From: Dictyostelium discoideum
Taxonomy: Eukaryota
DNA: 64,000 bases
Direction: 5' to 3'
Assembly: GCA_000004695.1 (NCBI GenBank)
Contig: CM000152.2
Location: 3,232,001 to 3,296,000, forward strand
The notes beneath the pieces were generated by a model, which was not told the origin of the DNA, ran no database searches, and was given only the letters and a program-made list of their open reading frames with translations. Each line of letters starts with the position of its first letter. Position 1 is the first letter of the stretch. Shown piece by piece: positions 40,306 through 54,143 of the stretch. A program made the position numbers and the translations under genes.

Positions 40306-42972
40306 ACCATTGGGCCATCACACAGTTCAAATGATGAACCACCAATAATATCTAAAACCCAAAATGAAAACAATAAAACACATATTTATGACGAGAGTGT
40401 AGTCAACACCAACACCAACACCAACACCAACACCAACACCAACACCAACAACAACACCAACAACAACATCAACAACAATAATAATAATAATAATAGTAAA
40501 GAAAAAGAATTAAATGAACAATTAATAATATCAAAATCAGAAAATGATGAGTTAGAATTAATAATTTTAGAGAAAGAATATGAAATATCACAATTGAGAA
40601 TTGAAGATTTGGTTGAAAGATATGTTAAAAATAAATTACTATATAGCAATTGTAAGATAAAAAAAAAAAAAAAAAAAAGAATTATAATATAATATAATAT
40701 AATACGTATATATATTTATATTTATATTAATATTTATTATTTTATAATTTTATTATTTTATTATTAATTTTATAAAGGTATTAAAGATTTTGAAAATTAT
40801 GAATTAAAAGAATTATATGAAATTAATAGAAAAGAAGAAATTGAGAAAACCAATTCATATGTTGAAGAATTTTCAAAGAATGCAAATCAAATGATTAGAG
40901 ATGAGATTAATGAATATGATAAAAGAATTAAAGAGATTAAACAACAACATTTAGAAGAGATATTAAAATTACAAGAAACTTTAAAAAGATTTAAAAATGA
41001 TAAAGAGAATTTAGAGATTTCATTATTGAATTCCAATAATCAATTAATGGAGCTCGAGGATCAGTATCAGTTAAACACAAATCAGTTGAAGGAGACCTAC
41101 AGGAAGCAAATCGCTATTCTCACTAATTTAAATTCGAAATTAACTATTGATCTTGAGAGAATTCAGAATCAAAAAGATAAAGAATTAAAAGATAATTTAA
41201 ATTCCTTGTCTTTGGAATTGGTGGAGGCAGGCGAGAGAATTGAAAGATTTAAAACCATAGTTGAGAAATTGCAATCAGAGAAATCCAAAGACAGAGAGAC
41301 AATTAAGGAATTGACTGAATCAAATTCAAAGATTAATAATAGTTTGGAGAAGTTACATAGGGAGTTTGATAAACAGGTGAAGGTGAATAAAAGGAATTCC
41401 GAATTACAGACAAAGGTTGACATTTTGCAAGGTGAGAATGACAATCTACAAAATAAAATCCAAGATTTGAAAACATCGTTTGAAAAAGAGTCAAACAGAT
41501 TCCAAACTAAACTATTATCAAATGAGTCTACTAAAACCACACTTGTGTCTCAATTAAAGGATGAATTAAAACTTTCAATTAATGAATGTAAATCACAAAA
41601 GAAATTAAATGATCAATTGACTCTAGAGAATGAAAGATTGAAATCTGATAATCAAATTGAGAAATCATTACTTGATAATCAAATTAAACAACTCATTGAT
41701 GAATCAAAACTTTTAGGTAATCAATTTAATTCTTTAAAACAACAAAATGAAAAAATTATAAAAGAAAATGAAAAATCTCAATTAATCTTAAAAACAAATA
41801 AAGATAATTCAAATAATGAAATCATTCAATTAAAAGATCAAATTTCAAAATTATTAAAAACTTTACAAAATAATAATAATAATCAAAATAATAATCAAAA
41901 TAATGATAACTTAATAATTGATAAAACTGAACCAAAGAAACAAAGAAAAACTATCACCACAACTACAGAAACTTTAGAGAATTTAGGTGTAACATCTCGT
42001 TCTGGTAGAAAAAGGACACCAATTATATCTGATGAAGGTCAGGAAATTAAAACTGTGGTAAATAATTTTGTAAATAAAATGGAAGATGAAACAAAAGAAG
42101 AAGAAGAAGAAGAAGAAGAAGAAGAAGAACCAAAAGAAGAGATAAAACCAAAGTCAAGATCAAGAAAGAATGATAGTAGTGTTAAAAATGTAATTAACCA
42201 ATCATCTAGAAGGAAGGTAAAAAGTAAAGAATTGGAAGAAGAATTGGAAGAAGAAAAAGAGGAACAACTAGAAGAACCAATTAAAGAAGATATTCCAATC
42301 CAACCAACTAGACCTAATTCAAGATCAAGGAGAAATACTACCACCACCACCACTATCAATCAAGATACTCCAATCATCATCAATAATGTAAATAGTAAAA
42401 AAAGAACAAGAAAATCACATCAAGAAGAGGTAGAAGAACAAGAACAAGAACAAGAAGAACAAGAACAAGAAGAGCATGAACAATCATACATATTGGAGGG
42501 AGAACAACCAAAAAAAAGAAATAGAATTTCTAGAAAAGATAAAGAAGAACAAGAACAAACTGAAAGATTAGAGTTGGAAAGATTAGAAAAAGAAAGATTA
42601 GAAAAAGAAAAATTAAAAAAAGAAAAATTAAAAAAAGAGAAATTAGAAAAAGAAAAATTTGAAACTGAAAAATTGGAAACTGAAAAATTTGAAAAAGAAA
42701 AATTAGAAAATGAAAAATTAGAAAAAGAGAGAGAAAAAGTTAAACAAAGAGAAAAATTAGCAAAAGAGAGAGAAAAGGAGAGATTAAAAAAAGAAAAATT
42801 GAAAAAAGAAAAATTGGAAAAAGAAAAATTGGAAAAAGAAAAATTGGAAAAAGAAAAATTGGCAAAGGAAAAATTAGAAAAATTAGAAAAAGAAAAATTA
42901 GAAAAAGAGAGAGAAAAAGTTAAACAAAGAGAAAGAAATAACAGTAAATATCCAATACACAAAAATGTGTAA
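39724..42972 (+). CDS. Long coiled-coil protein: N/Q/T-rich N-terminus, about 500-aa central coiled coil, and a C-terminal minisatellite-encoded (EKLKKEKLEK)n tail (hypothetical)
   Basis: join(39724..40651, 40778..42972), about 1040 aa. ORF 39724..40692 ends ...LLYSN C|GTAAGA. The acceptor tataaag| at 40777 continues IKDFENYELKELYEINRKEEIEKTNSYVEEF... into ORF 40891..42972 (heptad-rich: LQETLKRFKNDKENLEISLLNSNNQLMELEDQYQL...). The tail (42540-42960) has a 24/27-nt periodicity encoding ERLEKEKLKKEKLKKEKLEKEKFETEKLE... Confidence 0.7.
42540..42960 (+). repeat. Coding minisatellite with a 24/27-nt period encoding (E/K)KLEKEKLKK units at the C-terminus of the coiled-coil gene
   Basis: gaaaaagaaaaattagaaaaagaaaaattgg... 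repeats with point variants (KLEKEKF, ETEKLE, EREKVKQRE interruptions). The minus-strand ORF 42420..42962 (FSNFS repeats) is its antisense artefact. Confidence 0.8.
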
Positions 42973-43254
42973 AACTTTAAATTTTCTTCTTTTACTAATA
43001 CTCTTCATTTCATATATAGATAAAGAAAATCTTAATGCAAATATATCAAATAATAGTAGTAATGGGAGTAAATTTGGGAAAATTCATCAATATCTTTTAA
43101 ATAAAGGAACCATTCCGAAACTATCAAATATGGTATGTAAAATAAAATAAAATAAAATAAATGAATTAATTTACTAATTTTTATTTTTAAAATAATTTTT
43201 ATTTTTTATTTTTTTTATAGAAAAAATAAAAATAAAATTTTTTTTTTTTTTTTT

Positions 43255-43947
43255 TTATTCTTGATTAAATATTGTTTTACAAAATACTTTAAGATTTAAA
43301 TTATTATTTTCTTTTGAAGTACAACTGTTTGCAATGCTATAGGAAGTACAAGATTCTGGCCAATTGTTGTAATTGCAATATTGTTCGTATGGAGTGAGAT
43401 TTAAGAAAGCACAATAATAATTTTTAGTGACTGCTTCACCTTGTTTGAAAATTAAATTTGGTGTGAAAAATAATGAGAATAGTAAATTCAAAGATGAGCA
43501 ACCAGAATTTGTTTTTGAATGATATTCGAAAATTACTTGACCTTTGTTATAAAGTGGTTCGTTTGCAATTGTTACATAGGAGAAGGTTGTTTCATTTTGA
43601 GCATAGGTATAGTTTTCCATGGTGAAAAATGGATGACTGTAAGAGCATTCATTAAGACCATTTTTGAAAACATTGCTTGGACTATCACTACAATCATTGT
43701 TTTGATATTGTTGAGAAATTACTACATTATTTGTTTGATCATATGTGAATTTCCAATTTGTATTTTCTAAACCAATATCACCAACCGAACTAATACATTC
43801 ATTTAATAAAAATGAATATCCAATACCACTTTGTTGATCTGATGAACATTTTAAACTTGAATATGGTTGAAATGTAACATATCCTTGAGATTTAACTAAA
43901 TTAAATAATGAAATTGTTAAAATAATAAGAATAATAATAATTTTCAT
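43255..43947 (-). CDS. Secreted Cys-containing protein, 230 aa (hypothetical)
   Basis: Single ORF with a cleavable signal peptide MKIIIILIILTISLFNLVKSQ. It has about 14 Cys, N-glycosylation sequons (NYT, NET, NLT) and no TM. An A-run precedes the ATG. Confidence 0.6.
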   Translation of the reverse strand: MKIIIILIILTISLFNLVKSQGYVTFQPYSSLKCSSDQQSGIGYSFLLNECISSVGDIGLENTNWKFTYDQTNNVVISQQYQNNDCSDSPSNVFKNGLNECSYSHPFFTMENYTYAQNETTFSYVTIANEPLYNKGQVIFEYHSKTNSGCSSLNLLFSLFFTPNLIFKQGEAVTKNYYCAFLNLTPYEQYCNYNNWPESCTSYSIANSCTSKENNNLNLKVFCKTIFNQE

Positions 43948-44379
43948 TTTTTTTTTTATTTTTTTTTTTAATTTATTTATTTCTTTATTTTATATTTTAA
44001 AAAAAAAAAAGATTTTATATTTAAAATGATTTTAAAATAAAAATTATTGTGATTTTTTTCTTTTTATTTAAAAAAAATTATAAAATAATATAAAAAAAAA
44101 AAAAAAAATTTCGTCATCTTTTTCAAGATATCTTGATATTTTATAATTTCGTATGAAAATTCTTATTCCAAATTTTAAAAAAAAAAACAATAATTAAAAT
44201 TAAGAACGTCATAGATATTTTTTTAAATAACTCATTTTTTTGATATAAAAAAATGAAAATTTTGAAAATAATAAAAAAGAAATAAAAAAAATATAAAAAA
44301 AAAAAAACAAATAATAAATAAAGAATCATCAATAAAAAATTATAATTGTAATTTTTTTTTTTTATTTAAATATATGTTT

Positions 44380-44430
44380 TATGTTTTATGTTTTATGTTT
44401 TAGGTTTTATGTTTTATGTTTTTTTTTTTT
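44380..44430. repeat. (ATGTTTT)7 heptanucleotide minisatellite, intergenic
   Basis: atgttttatgttttatgttttatgttttaggttttatgttttatgtttttt, with one variant unit. It lies between the secreted-protein gene and paralog A. Confidence 0.85.
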
Positions 44431-44491
44431 TTTTTATATAAAATAAGAAAAAAAAAAAGTATTATATATATTATTAATTATAAAAACTAAG

Positions 44492-44893
44492 TTATAGTTT
44501 ATCATTATTATTTGTTGGATTTTCATTATCATTTTTTATCTCTTCAACTATTTTATTTGATGATGATGAATTTTCTGGATGGTATTGATATTTTTCAGGT
44601 AATTTTTCATTTATAGCGTTTCCAAAATTGGTGATATGTTCTTTTGATATCTGAATACCTTCATTTATTTTTTCTTTTGTATATTGATAACTCTCTGCAG
44701 CTTTTTCTTTGGCAATTTCATAACTCTCATCCATTTTAACTTTATTTAATTCATATTGTTCATCAAGTTTTTCTTTTGCGCTTTCATATCCTTCTTCCAT
44801 TTTAGTTTTACTTATTTCATATTGTTCTTCAAATTTTTCCCATGATTTATATGCAAAATCTTTTAATTGTTCAAAATAATTATTTGAACCTTT

Positions 44894-44941
<48 letters not shown>

Positions 44942-45023
44942 AAAATTAATTTTATTTTAAATTTTTTAATTAAAACATTTTATTACTTACCAGAATTTGA
45001 ATCGGTTTTATTATCAGAATCCA
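44492..45023 (-). CDS. K/E-rich small protein with SYE..KEK repeats, paralog A (LEA-like, hypothetical)
   Basis: complement(join(44492..44889, 44990..45023)), 143 aa. Exon 1 is MDSDNKTDSNS G|GTAAGT. Exon 2 (acceptor aaataaag|) is SNNYFEQLKDFAYKSWEKFEEQYEISKTKMEEGYESAKEKLDEQYELNKVKMDESYEIAKEKAAESYQYTKEKINEGIQISKEHITNFGNAINEKLPEKYQYHPENSSSS... Confidence 0.6.
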
Positions 45024-45417
45024 TTTTAAATTATTTGTTTTTTTTTATTTGTTTTTTATATATTAGTTTTTTATATAATTGTTTGAATGACTTTAGTTTT
45101 TTTTTTTTTTTTCTCATTTTATAGTTAATTTTTTTATTTTATTTTTGTTTTTTTTTTTATTAAAACAAATCATTACTCTAAAAATTTATTTGAATTTTGA
45201 TTTTGATTTTTTCAGCGAATTTTTTATTTTTATTTTTTTTTTTTTATTTTTTTTTATTTTTTTTTTTATCCATTTAATTGTTTGGTCATCAAATTTTTTT
45301 ATTTTTATCTTAATTCTCATAAATATAAGTAATTAAAAAATAAAAATATTTTGTTTTTACTATTTAAATATTGTTTTTTATTTTTTTTTATTTATTTTTT
45401 TTTTTTTCTTTATTTGT

Positions 45418-45913
45418 TTAAACTTTGTCAGTTGGAACCGATTTTACATGAGTTGTTTCACTTTGGATAGTAGTTGTTCCATCTGGATTTTTATAAACAG
45501 TTTCAGTTTCAGTTTTAGTACTAGCAGAACCATCTGGATGATATTGGATTTTTTCTGGTAATTGCTCATTGATAGCATGACCAATACTTGATAATTGTTC
45601 CTTTGAGACTTGGTAACCTTCACTAACTTTTTCCTTTGTAAATTCAAAACCTTCACCAACTTTTTCTTTAGTTATTTCATAACCTTCACCAACTTTTTCC
45701 CATGATTTATGAGCTAATTCTTTTAAATGATCCACAAAACCACCACTAGATGTGGTTGCTTTGCAAAGAGAAAAAAAAAAAAAAAAAAAATTTGGAGTGT
45801 GGTTTAAAAAAAAAAAAAAAAAAAAAAAATTAATTAACTATTTTAATTATAATATTAATAAAATAAATTATCTTACATGTTGTAGTTGTAGTTGTTTCTA
45901 CTTTCTTTTCCAT
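45418..45913 (-). CDS. K/E-rich small protein, paralog B of 44492..45023
   Basis: complement(join(45418..45758, 45877..45913)), 125 aa. Exon 1 is MEKKVETTTTTT|GTAAGA (phase 1). Exon 2 (acceptor ttgcaaag|) is STTSSGGFVDHLKELAHKSWEKVGEGYEITKEKVGEGFEFTKEKVSEGYQVSKEQLSSIGHAINEQLPEKIQYHPDGSASTKTETETVYKNPDGTTTIQSETTHVKSVPTDKV*. It has the same exon structure and the same KSWEK...HAINE(K/Q)LPEK(Y/I)QYHP motif as paralog A. Confidence 0.6.
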
Positions 45914-46338
45914 TTTATTATTTGTTTTTAAATTTTGTTTTTAAACTAATTTTTTATTAATTTTTTTTTCCCTTAAATATTTTTTTTTAAGGTTAAAAAA
46001 AAAAAATGTCAAAAAACTAATTATGATACCATTAATGGTCCTTTAATTTTATTTTTTATTATTTATTTAAAATCTATTTTTTTTTTATTTTATTTTTTTT
46101 TAATAAAATGTTAATTAATTAATTAATTTTTTTATTTTTTTTTTTTTGGTTTTGAACCACGAATTTTTTAATTCAGGAAATTATACTAAAATAGAAAAAA
46201 AAAAAAAAAAAAAAAAAAAAAAGAAAAAAATGTTTTTATTCTAAAAAAATTTTTTTTTTAATTTTTTTATTATTTTTTTATTTTTTGACGGATTTTGTTT
46301 AAATGACTATTTAAAAAATATAAAAAATAATAATAAAA

Positions 46339-46570
46339 TTAATTATAAATTACACCAGTCATACATTCATTATTTATACAAGGGAAACCATTACAAAATT
46401 TTGTAGAATATTTACAAATATTCGATATTAAATCACAAGTATAGGTTTCACATAAATTATATCTATTACATTCAATATCAGTTGAACATGGCACTTTTAT
46501 AGAACATTCAATTTGTTCGTGGTAACAGCCGTACATTATTGAGCAAAAATCTGATGTACATGGATCTATA

Positions 46571-46602
<32 letters not shown>

Positions 46603-46632
46603 GTTATTTGTTGAATTAATATTATTATTATT

Positions 46633-46707
<75 letters not shown>

Positions 46708-47326
46708 CCATTATCATCACAAGAAATATTTGTATGAACACAACCATTTGGTCCACAAGAATCAATAGTACAGAAATCATTATCTTCACAATTTTTTAAT
46801 GTATGTTGGCAAGTATTAGTGAAATCACAAAAATCATCTGTACATGGATTGTTATCATTACAATTCTTTTGACAGATTACACTTGGGTGTTTATTATTTG
46901 GTAAAGAAAAACAACCGTAACCATTATGACAAAAATCATCAGTACAAGGGTCACCATCGTCACAATTTGCTTTTGTATTAATACAACTACCATTATTTAA
47001 ATCACAAGAAACTATATGACATGCATCTATACGTACACATTTATCAATTCCATAACATCCAGCACGAGGATTACAATAATGATTTACACAGTTATTATTA
47101 AGACTAGAACAACTTGCACTTGTACACTTTACAATTGTACCTTTTTTAAAAAATAAAATAAAATAAAATAATATAAAAAATGATATAAGAAAAAAAAAAA
47201 AATTAGTTAAAAATATATTTAAAATTATTATTAAAAAAAAATAATAATAGTTTTTTTATTATATATATTACCATTTGAAAATGAAATTATTGAAAGAATA
47301 AATGATAGAATTATAATACTCTTCAT
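46339..47326 (-). CDS. Small secreted protein composed of Dictyostelium-type Cys-rich (Dicty_CTDC-like, EcmA/EcmB-type) repeats
   Basis: complement(join(46339..46565, 46709..47140, 47272..47326)), about 237 aa. The signal-peptide exon is MKSIIILSFILSIISFSN G|GTAATA. Exon 2 is TIVKCTSASCSSLNNNCVNHYCNPRAGCYGIDKCVRIDACHIVSCDLNNGSCINTKANCDDGDPCTDDFCHNGYGCFSL...CNDNNPCTDDFCDFTNTCQHTLKNCEDNDFCTIDSCGPNGCVHTNISCDDN G|GTTTGT. Exon 3 is DPCTSDFCSIMYGCYHEQIECSIKVPCSTDIECNRYNLCETYTCDLISNICKYSTKFCNGFPCINNECMTGVIYN*. About 24-aa repeats show the C..D(D/N).PCT.D.C signature. Intron 2 holds a 43-nt poly-T. Confidence 0.65.
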
Positions 47327-48263
47327 CTTTTTTAAGAATAATAATTCTTTTTTTTTTTTTGTTTAAAATTTTTTTTTTTTTTTTTTTATTCTTAGTTTTG
47401 TTGATTGTAATGAATAAATAGGAAAGGGAAAAAAAAATAAAAAAGAAAAAAAAAATTTAAAATTTATTTCTAATTATTTTAATAGGAAAAAATAGATTAT
47501 TAGTGGTTTTTTGAAATTGCAGAAATCATTTTTATCATAATCCATTTGGTTTAAGGGTGGTTTTTATTTTTTTTTTTAAAAAGGAATTTAATTTCATATT
47601 ATTATTTTTTTTATTTTTTTTTAAAAAAAGTAAATATAATTTCTGCCCCTATAATCTTGATTTTTTTTTAAAAAAAAAATTAATTTTAATAATTTAAGAA
47701 TGAAGTTATAGAATACAATAATTTATTATTCTTGAATATTTACCAATCAACAAAAATAATCCAATTATTGGTGTTGTTATTTTTTATGGTACTAACGCTT
47801 AAACTAAATCTTGAAAATAATAATAATAATAATAACAAAATAATATTAGAAAAAAAAAAATAATAAAATCACAATAATAATTAAAAATGTAAAACTGGAA
47901 ATAATCATTTTTTACATGTAATTTTAAAAAAAAAAAAAAAAAAAACTAAACTTTTAAAAAATTATTCTTAATTTTTTAATTTTTAAATAGTTTGTGGTGT
48001 AAAAAATAAATGTTACTGTTATATATTAATTTATTTTTTATATAATGAGTTTTAAACTTTTATTTTTAGAAGTTAAGAAAATTAAAACTAATTTATTATA
48101 ATCAATTTTATATTGACTCTTTTTTTATTTTATTTAAAAATATATATAAATAATTTAAAATATTATGATATCAAAAAACAATATATATTTTTTATTCATA
48201 AATGTAATTTATTATAATAATATGGTGTGGGTTATTTATATATTTTTGTGTGATTGAAGGAGT

Positions 48264-48320
<57 letters not shown>

Positions 48321-48487
48321 GGGTAAGGGGTATTAATATATTATTATTATTATTTTTTTTTTTTAATTTTTTTTTTTTTTTTATTATTATTTTTTTTTTT
48401 TTAATCTTTTAATTATTAAAATTATATTTATATTACAATAAAAATTCATATTAAAATTATATTAATAAAAGTAAAAAGTAATTAGAA

Positions 48488-48946
48488 ATGATAAATCATA
48501 ATATTATTAGTTTTAAAAAATTTGAAGCTATTTTTGAACAACGTCCAGGTGGTTTAGAACTTAATATGCCAATAGAAATTGGTAGTAATAATGTTGATTT
48601 AACATCAAAACCATTCAATATTAAAGGTGGATCACATTACAAGGTTAAAATTGGTTATATGGCAAGTGAACCAATCACAGATTTAATTTGCCAAATTCAT
48701 ACATTTAGAAAATCCACACCATACGGAAGAGATACTCAAAAAGTTGGTGACATTTGTGCAAATACAAATGACTTGGAATTTGATTTCCCAAAATTTGGTT
48801 GGGAGCAAGCTTCAACTCAATCATCGTCAATGGGTGATTACACAATTAAAATGTATTTCAAAGGTAATGGAAATCAAGATCTTGCAACTTTCTTTTATTC
48901 TTTTAATGTTGCTCCAGATTGGGAAAATGCTTTACCAATAAATTAA
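48488..48946 (+). CDS. Rho GDP-dissociation inhibitor, short form lacking the N-terminal regulatory arm (RdiB-like)
   Basis: Single 152-aa ORF. ...KVGDICANTNDLEFDFPKFGWEQASTQSSSMGDYTIKMYFKGNGNQDLATFFYSFNVAPDWENALPIN aligns with the C-terminal Ig-like geranylgeranyl-binding domain of RhoGDI (human ...[42 protein letters not shown]...WEWNLTIKKDWKD). There is no equivalent of the about 60-aa N-terminal helical arm. Confidence 0.7.
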   Translation: MINHNIISFKKFEAIFEQRPGGLELNMPIEIGSNNVDLTSKPFNIKGGSHYKVKIGYMASEPITDLICQIHTFRKSTPYGRDTQKVGDICANTNDLEFDFPKFGWEQASTQSSSMGDYTIKMYFKGNGNQDLATFFYSFNVAPDWENALPIN

Positions 48947-49112
48947 ATTTAAAAATAACAATAAAAATTATAATTAATAAATAAAGTTTTTTTATTTATT
49001 TATTTAAAATTTTATTTACAAATTAAAGATTCTATTTTATTTTTTTTAATTTTTTAATTTTTTTTTTTTTTTTTTTTTTTTAAAATGAAGGATTAAATTA
49101 TTTGTAAATAGT

Positions 49113-50389
<1,277 letters not shown>

Positions 50390-51499
50390 TATTTAATTAA
50401 TTTAAATATACAAAAAAAATAATTTTTTATAATTAATATCTCTATTTTATTTTTAATAATCTAGAGTTTTGTTTATAGTATTGTAAAAAAAAAAAAAATA
50501 AAAATCTTTTGAAAGTTTTTTAGAGAGTATAGAAAAAAATAAAATGGAAAAAAAAATAAAAAAATAAAAATAAATACTAATTTAATTTCAGTGTCCAAAA
50601 ACTGCAAAATAAATTTAAATTATTAAAAATTTAATTATTTTTTTATTTTTTTATTTTTTTTTTTTTATTGTCAATATTATTATTTTTATTTTTATTTTTA
50701 TTTTTATTTTTATTTTTATTTTTATTTTTATTTTTATTTTTATTTTTATTTTTATTTTTTTTTTTTATTTTTTTATTTTAATTTAATTAAAATAATTTGT
50801 TTTTATTATTAAAGATTATTTTTATCATTATTTTGAAAAAAAAAAAAAAAAAAATTGCCGATTCCTTGTTGTTGTCATTTAGGATAGCACTAAGAGAATG
50901 TTGTTCATTTCTCAATAAAAAAACAACAATTTTTCTATTTTTAATAAATTTTGATTATTATAATAATTTGTAATATTTTTTTTTTTTTTTTTTTTTTGGG
51001 ATTTTAATTATTTTTTATTTTTTATTTTTTTTTTTTTTTAATTTATTTTATGGTGGTGTGTTGTTTTAACCACATTGTAATTTCTTGTTGAAGAATATTG
51101 ACTAAAATGGATATTAATTTTTTTTTTTTTTTTTTTTTTTTAATGAAATAAAGTTATTTTTATTTTTTTACATATTTCCCTTTTGGTCTAAAAGATAATT
51201 TTTCATTAGATATTATTAATAACAATCAACTTTATTTAAAATTAATTATTTGATTTTTTTTTTTTTTTTATTATTTTTTTTTTTTTTTTTTAATTATTAT
51301 TTTTTTATTTTTTTTTTATTTCATTTTATTGTAATTAAATTTAATTAAAAGAATATAAATGAAAGAATTATAACAAAAAGAATTATATAAATTAATGTAA
51401 ATGAGCCAAGATGTGAATTTTTTTTAATTTAACCCAACTTCTGAATAACGGTCAAAAAAAAAAAAAAAAAAAAAAAAAAGATTAATTCTTTTAAATCAG

Positions 51500-51531
<32 letters not shown>

Positions 51532-51771
51532 AATTAATTGATAAGTTAGAATTTAAATTAAAAATTTAATTGTTTTAAAAACTTTATTTTTTTATTTTAT
51601 TTTATTTATTTTTTTTTTTTATTATTTTTGTCTTTTTCTTTTTTATTTTATTTTTTTTTTTTTATTTTTTTTTAATTTCAGAAAACAAAGAAATATTATT
51701 TTTAAACCTGTATCACAAATAATCTGTATCACAAAATAAATAAAAAAATAGGAAAAAAAAAAAAAAAAAAA

Positions 51772-51988
51772 ATGAAAAATCTTTTTAAATTAAATTTCTT
51801 ATTTATTATTTTTATATTCATCTCAATATTTGCATTTCCAACAAATTCACAAAATACATGTCCCTCAGGATCATTAAATTCAACTGCAATTCCAATTAAA
51901 ATAATTATTGCCTCAAATTCAATTGCTAAAAATCCACCATTAAGTGGTATGCTTGCTGGTTCAGTTTGTTCATCAATCAGTGTGTATA

Positions 51989-52038
<50 letters not shown>

Positions 52039-52320
52039 TTTTAATTTTAAAAAGATTTACTAATAGTTATTATTATTATTATTTTTTTTTTTTTTTTTTT
52101 TATCTTTAAAAATTAAATAGCTGGAACAATAACAACATTTACTTTTCCAAATGGACCAATTATTAATACAGTACCATCAGGATTAATTGGTAAACCAATT
52201 ATTGGAAAAATAGTTTTAGATTATTTAAATGCAAAATATGGTTTGGATTTTTCAACTGCAACTATCTCACAATCCAGCAGCACAGTTTCAATTAGTATTT
52301 CAAATATTGTAAAACATTAA
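51772..52320 (+). CDS. Small secreted protein, about 135 aa (hypothetical)
   Basis: join(51772..51979, 52121..52320). Exon 1 is a signal peptide, [69 protein letters not shown], with a GTGTGT donor at 51980 (phase 1). The intron contains a 40-nt poly-T. Exon 2 (aaatag|) is [66 protein letters not shown]. The donor is non-consensus, so splice placement is tentative. Confidence 0.45.
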
Positions 52321-52705
52321 TTAATTATACTCTTTTTTAAAATTATTTATTAAAAATCAAATAAATAATAAAACCTTGTAAATAATAATAAAAAATAAAA
52401 TAATTTATTAATTAAAAAAAAAAAAAAAATAATTATCTAAACAAATTTTTAATTAATAATTTTAAAGGATAATATATTATTTCCATTAAATTTTAAAAAA
52501 AAAAACTTTTTACCCGTTTTTCAATTTTTCAATTTTTCAATTTTTTTTTTTCTTTTTTTTTTCAATTTTTTTTTTTTTCTTTTTTTTTTTTTTAATTAAT
52601 TTTTTAAAAAAAACAAACACACAATTTCTCTCCTAAAAAAAAACAAAAAACAAAAAACAAAAAACAAAAAAAAAAAAACAAATTAAAAAAAAAAAAAATA
52701 AAAAA

Positions 52706-53911
52706 ATGACAAAAAAGATTCAATTTAAAGGGACAACAGGCCAAAGCGCAACACGTTGGGAAAAAAGATGGATAAATGTCGGACATATGAAACTTTTAAA
52801 ATGGGTACCAAGTATGTATACATAATCTATACCATATGTTTATATACATATAAATTAAATATATAAATATATTATTATATTATTCATATACAAATAATTT
52901 TTTTTTACTAACTATGGTTATTAATTTTTGAAAAAAAATAAAAAATAAAAAAATAAAAAAAATAAAAATTTTATTAAACACCTAAAAAAAAAATTATTAT
53001 TATTATTATTATTATTATTTTTATAATTATTATTAATTTAATAAATTAAAGCAAAAATAAAGAGACCAACACCAACACAAGGTAATGTTAGAAAAGAAGG
53101 TGGATTAACAACTAGACAAACACCTTCACAAAATATGGAAACTAGATACACAAGATCAAATCGTAGAGTTATTGGTGATAAAAAGAATGCAGAACATGAT
53201 GAAGCATTTGAAATGATGTATTTAAATAGTTTACCAAAAACAAGAAGAACCACTAAAAAGATGGATTTACTCCAAAAGAAACATTTACAAGATGCAGGTT
53301 TAGTTGATACTGATTTACATGCCTCATCTGCTGATGAAAAATCCTCAACACCAAATAAAATAATTAAAACACCTCCACCAAAAAGAGCACCAGGTAGAGT
53401 TAAATCAATGTTATCACCTTCTCAAGATACAGCAATGTCAAATATAGGTTCAGATAGTGAATTAACTTCAAAATCAAATGATGAACAAGAAACTGTTAAA
53501 AGTCCTTCAAGAAATTCTAGAATAACTCCAAAAAGAAACAGTAATACAGGTTCATCAACTCCAACAACAACAACTACAACTACAACACAAACACCACAAC
53601 CAACAACAACAGCATTAAACACTCCAACTACTACTACTACTACTACTACCACTACACCAACTACAAAATCAAAAACTAATTTAGATGAATCAATGGATGA
53701 TAAAGATAGTGGTGTCAGTGAAGACGAATCAAAAAAATCTAAAAACAACAACAACACAAATAATACCGATAATAAAAAAGATGAAAGTTTAAATAATAAT
53801 AATAATAATAATAATAACAATAATAATAATAGTTCAAATGAAAAAATGGAAATTGAATCATCAAATAATTTAGACAATGGAAAAAATAGTGAATCTTCTT
53901 CAAACTTTTAA
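52706..53911 (+). CDS. Basic N-terminus plus S/T/N-rich protein (probable nuclear protein, hypothetical)
   Basis: join(52706..52811, 53052..53911). Exon 1 is a GC-richer block: MTKKIQFKGTTGQSATRWEKRWINVGHMKLLKWVP T|GTATGT. Exon 2 (aaattaaag|) is KIKRPTPTQGNVRKEGGLTTRQTPSQN then ORF 53135..53911 (METRYTRSNRRVIGDKKNAEHDEAFEMMYLNSLPKTRRTTKK...poly-T/poly-N...). Phases match. Confidence 0.55.
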
Positions 53912-54063
53912 TTTATAAAAGTAATAATAAAAAACAAACAAAAAAAAAAAAAAAAAAAAAAACAGATAAAAATAAAACTGTAATTGTAAAAAATAATCTA
54001 AAAATATCTTTCTTGTTAAAAAAAAAAAAAATCAATTTAATCTAAGAAAATGTTAAACCCATG

Positions 54064-54099
<36 letters not shown>

Positions 54100-54143
54100 T
54101 TTTATTTTTAATTTTTTTTTTATTATTATTATTAATATTATTT

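Noticed and set aside
42965-43150. ORF 42965..43150, MCKTLNFLLLLILFISYIDKENL... with a GTATGT at its end
   Set aside because: It starts inside the stop codon region of the coiled-coil gene (ATG overlapping AAAAATGTGTAA). No in-phase downstream exon was found. The hydrophobic stretch is T-rich 3-prime UTR. I left it unannotated.
53422-53877. ORF 53422..53877 minus strand (poly-V/L)
   Set aside because: It is antisense to the poly-T/N coding region of the 52706..53911 gene.
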